From Macrostomum lignano (lineage: Eukaryota), in contig NIVC01002181.1 in assembly GCA_002269645.1 (NCBI GenBank), positions 1-46,006 on the forward strand: a stretch of 46,006 nt of DNA. Direction: 5' to 3'. This document shows, piece by piece, positions 45,561 through 46,006 of this stretch. The position numbers were made by a program, and so were the translations under genes. Numbering within the stretch: the first letter of the stretch is position 1; every line of letters begins with the position of its first letter. The notes under the pieces were generated by a model, which saw only the letters and a list, made by a program, of their open reading frames with translations, had not been told where the DNA came from and ran no database searches.

Positions 45561-46006
45561 AGCGCATTTGGCAGCTAGATTCTGTCTGTATTGCCCAGCC
45601 CCCCCCCCCAAAAAAAATAAGATGCATTTGATATGCAGTTACTATCAAAAAGTTTTGATCGTGTATATCTCTTTACTAAGATTTATTACATGTAATAAGC
45701 ATTGGGAAGGCAATGCAGACAAAATCTGCAGTAAAAAAGCATTGTGCCGGCTGATAAATCTTATATACCGGCTGAGTCCGTGTCCTCTTGCTCCTTGTGC
45801 CCCTTTCCGACCCCTTGGCCTGGCCTCCAATATAGAGCTGTGTAGGTGACACCCTTGTGGCTTGCAGCCCTATAGATTTTCTGGTGGCCTGATAGGAGTC
45901 TCGCCCTCGGAAACAAGCCTTCCAGACTCGCTCCAAAATTAAGCCATTTCCGAGACTTCTGGGTCTCCCCTGCTCTCGGACCGCTTTTCAGTAGTAACCC
46001 AAACAT

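Noticed and set aside
42273-46006. Short ORFs in the distal AT-rich and repeat region
   Set aside because: Low-complexity or repeat-derived, with no domain signatures or splice support.

Overview
Eukaryotic (animal) genomic DNA with GC-rich exons and GT-AG introns. Its overall style resembles a repeat-rich flatworm such as Macrostomum, but that attribution is inference only. Positions 1.5-36.9 kb hold seven minus-strand, head-to-tail genes whose exons I could join in frame by hand. In transcription order they are BTBD1/2-like, MAP2K5 (MEK5), ANKS3-like, IQCC-like, EXOSC6 (Mtr3), DHX38 (Prp16) and a non-alpha nicotinic-receptor-type Cys-loop channel subunit carrying two 1-nt frameshifts. A partial plus-strand gene of unknown product ends at 699. 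Nine of the 18 introns in the six-gene core contain their own minisatellite, including a 6.8-kb array of a 21-bp unit with a 63-bp higher-order period. Also present are four copies of a tRNA-derived CORE-like SINE, an unclassified ~200-bp interspersed repeat and a Tc1/mariner MITE. From 37 kb to the end is an AT-rich transposon graveyard: an almost CpG-free old layer with a decayed THAP domain, interrupted by CpG-retaining insertions (a dead DD34D-type mariner, a MULE-like element with an 8-bp TSD, foldback elements). The best leads are a possible trans-spliced operon-like gene cluster, the sharply bounded CpG-erased transposon layer, and intron growth by private minisatellites. All coordinates and counts were made by eye.
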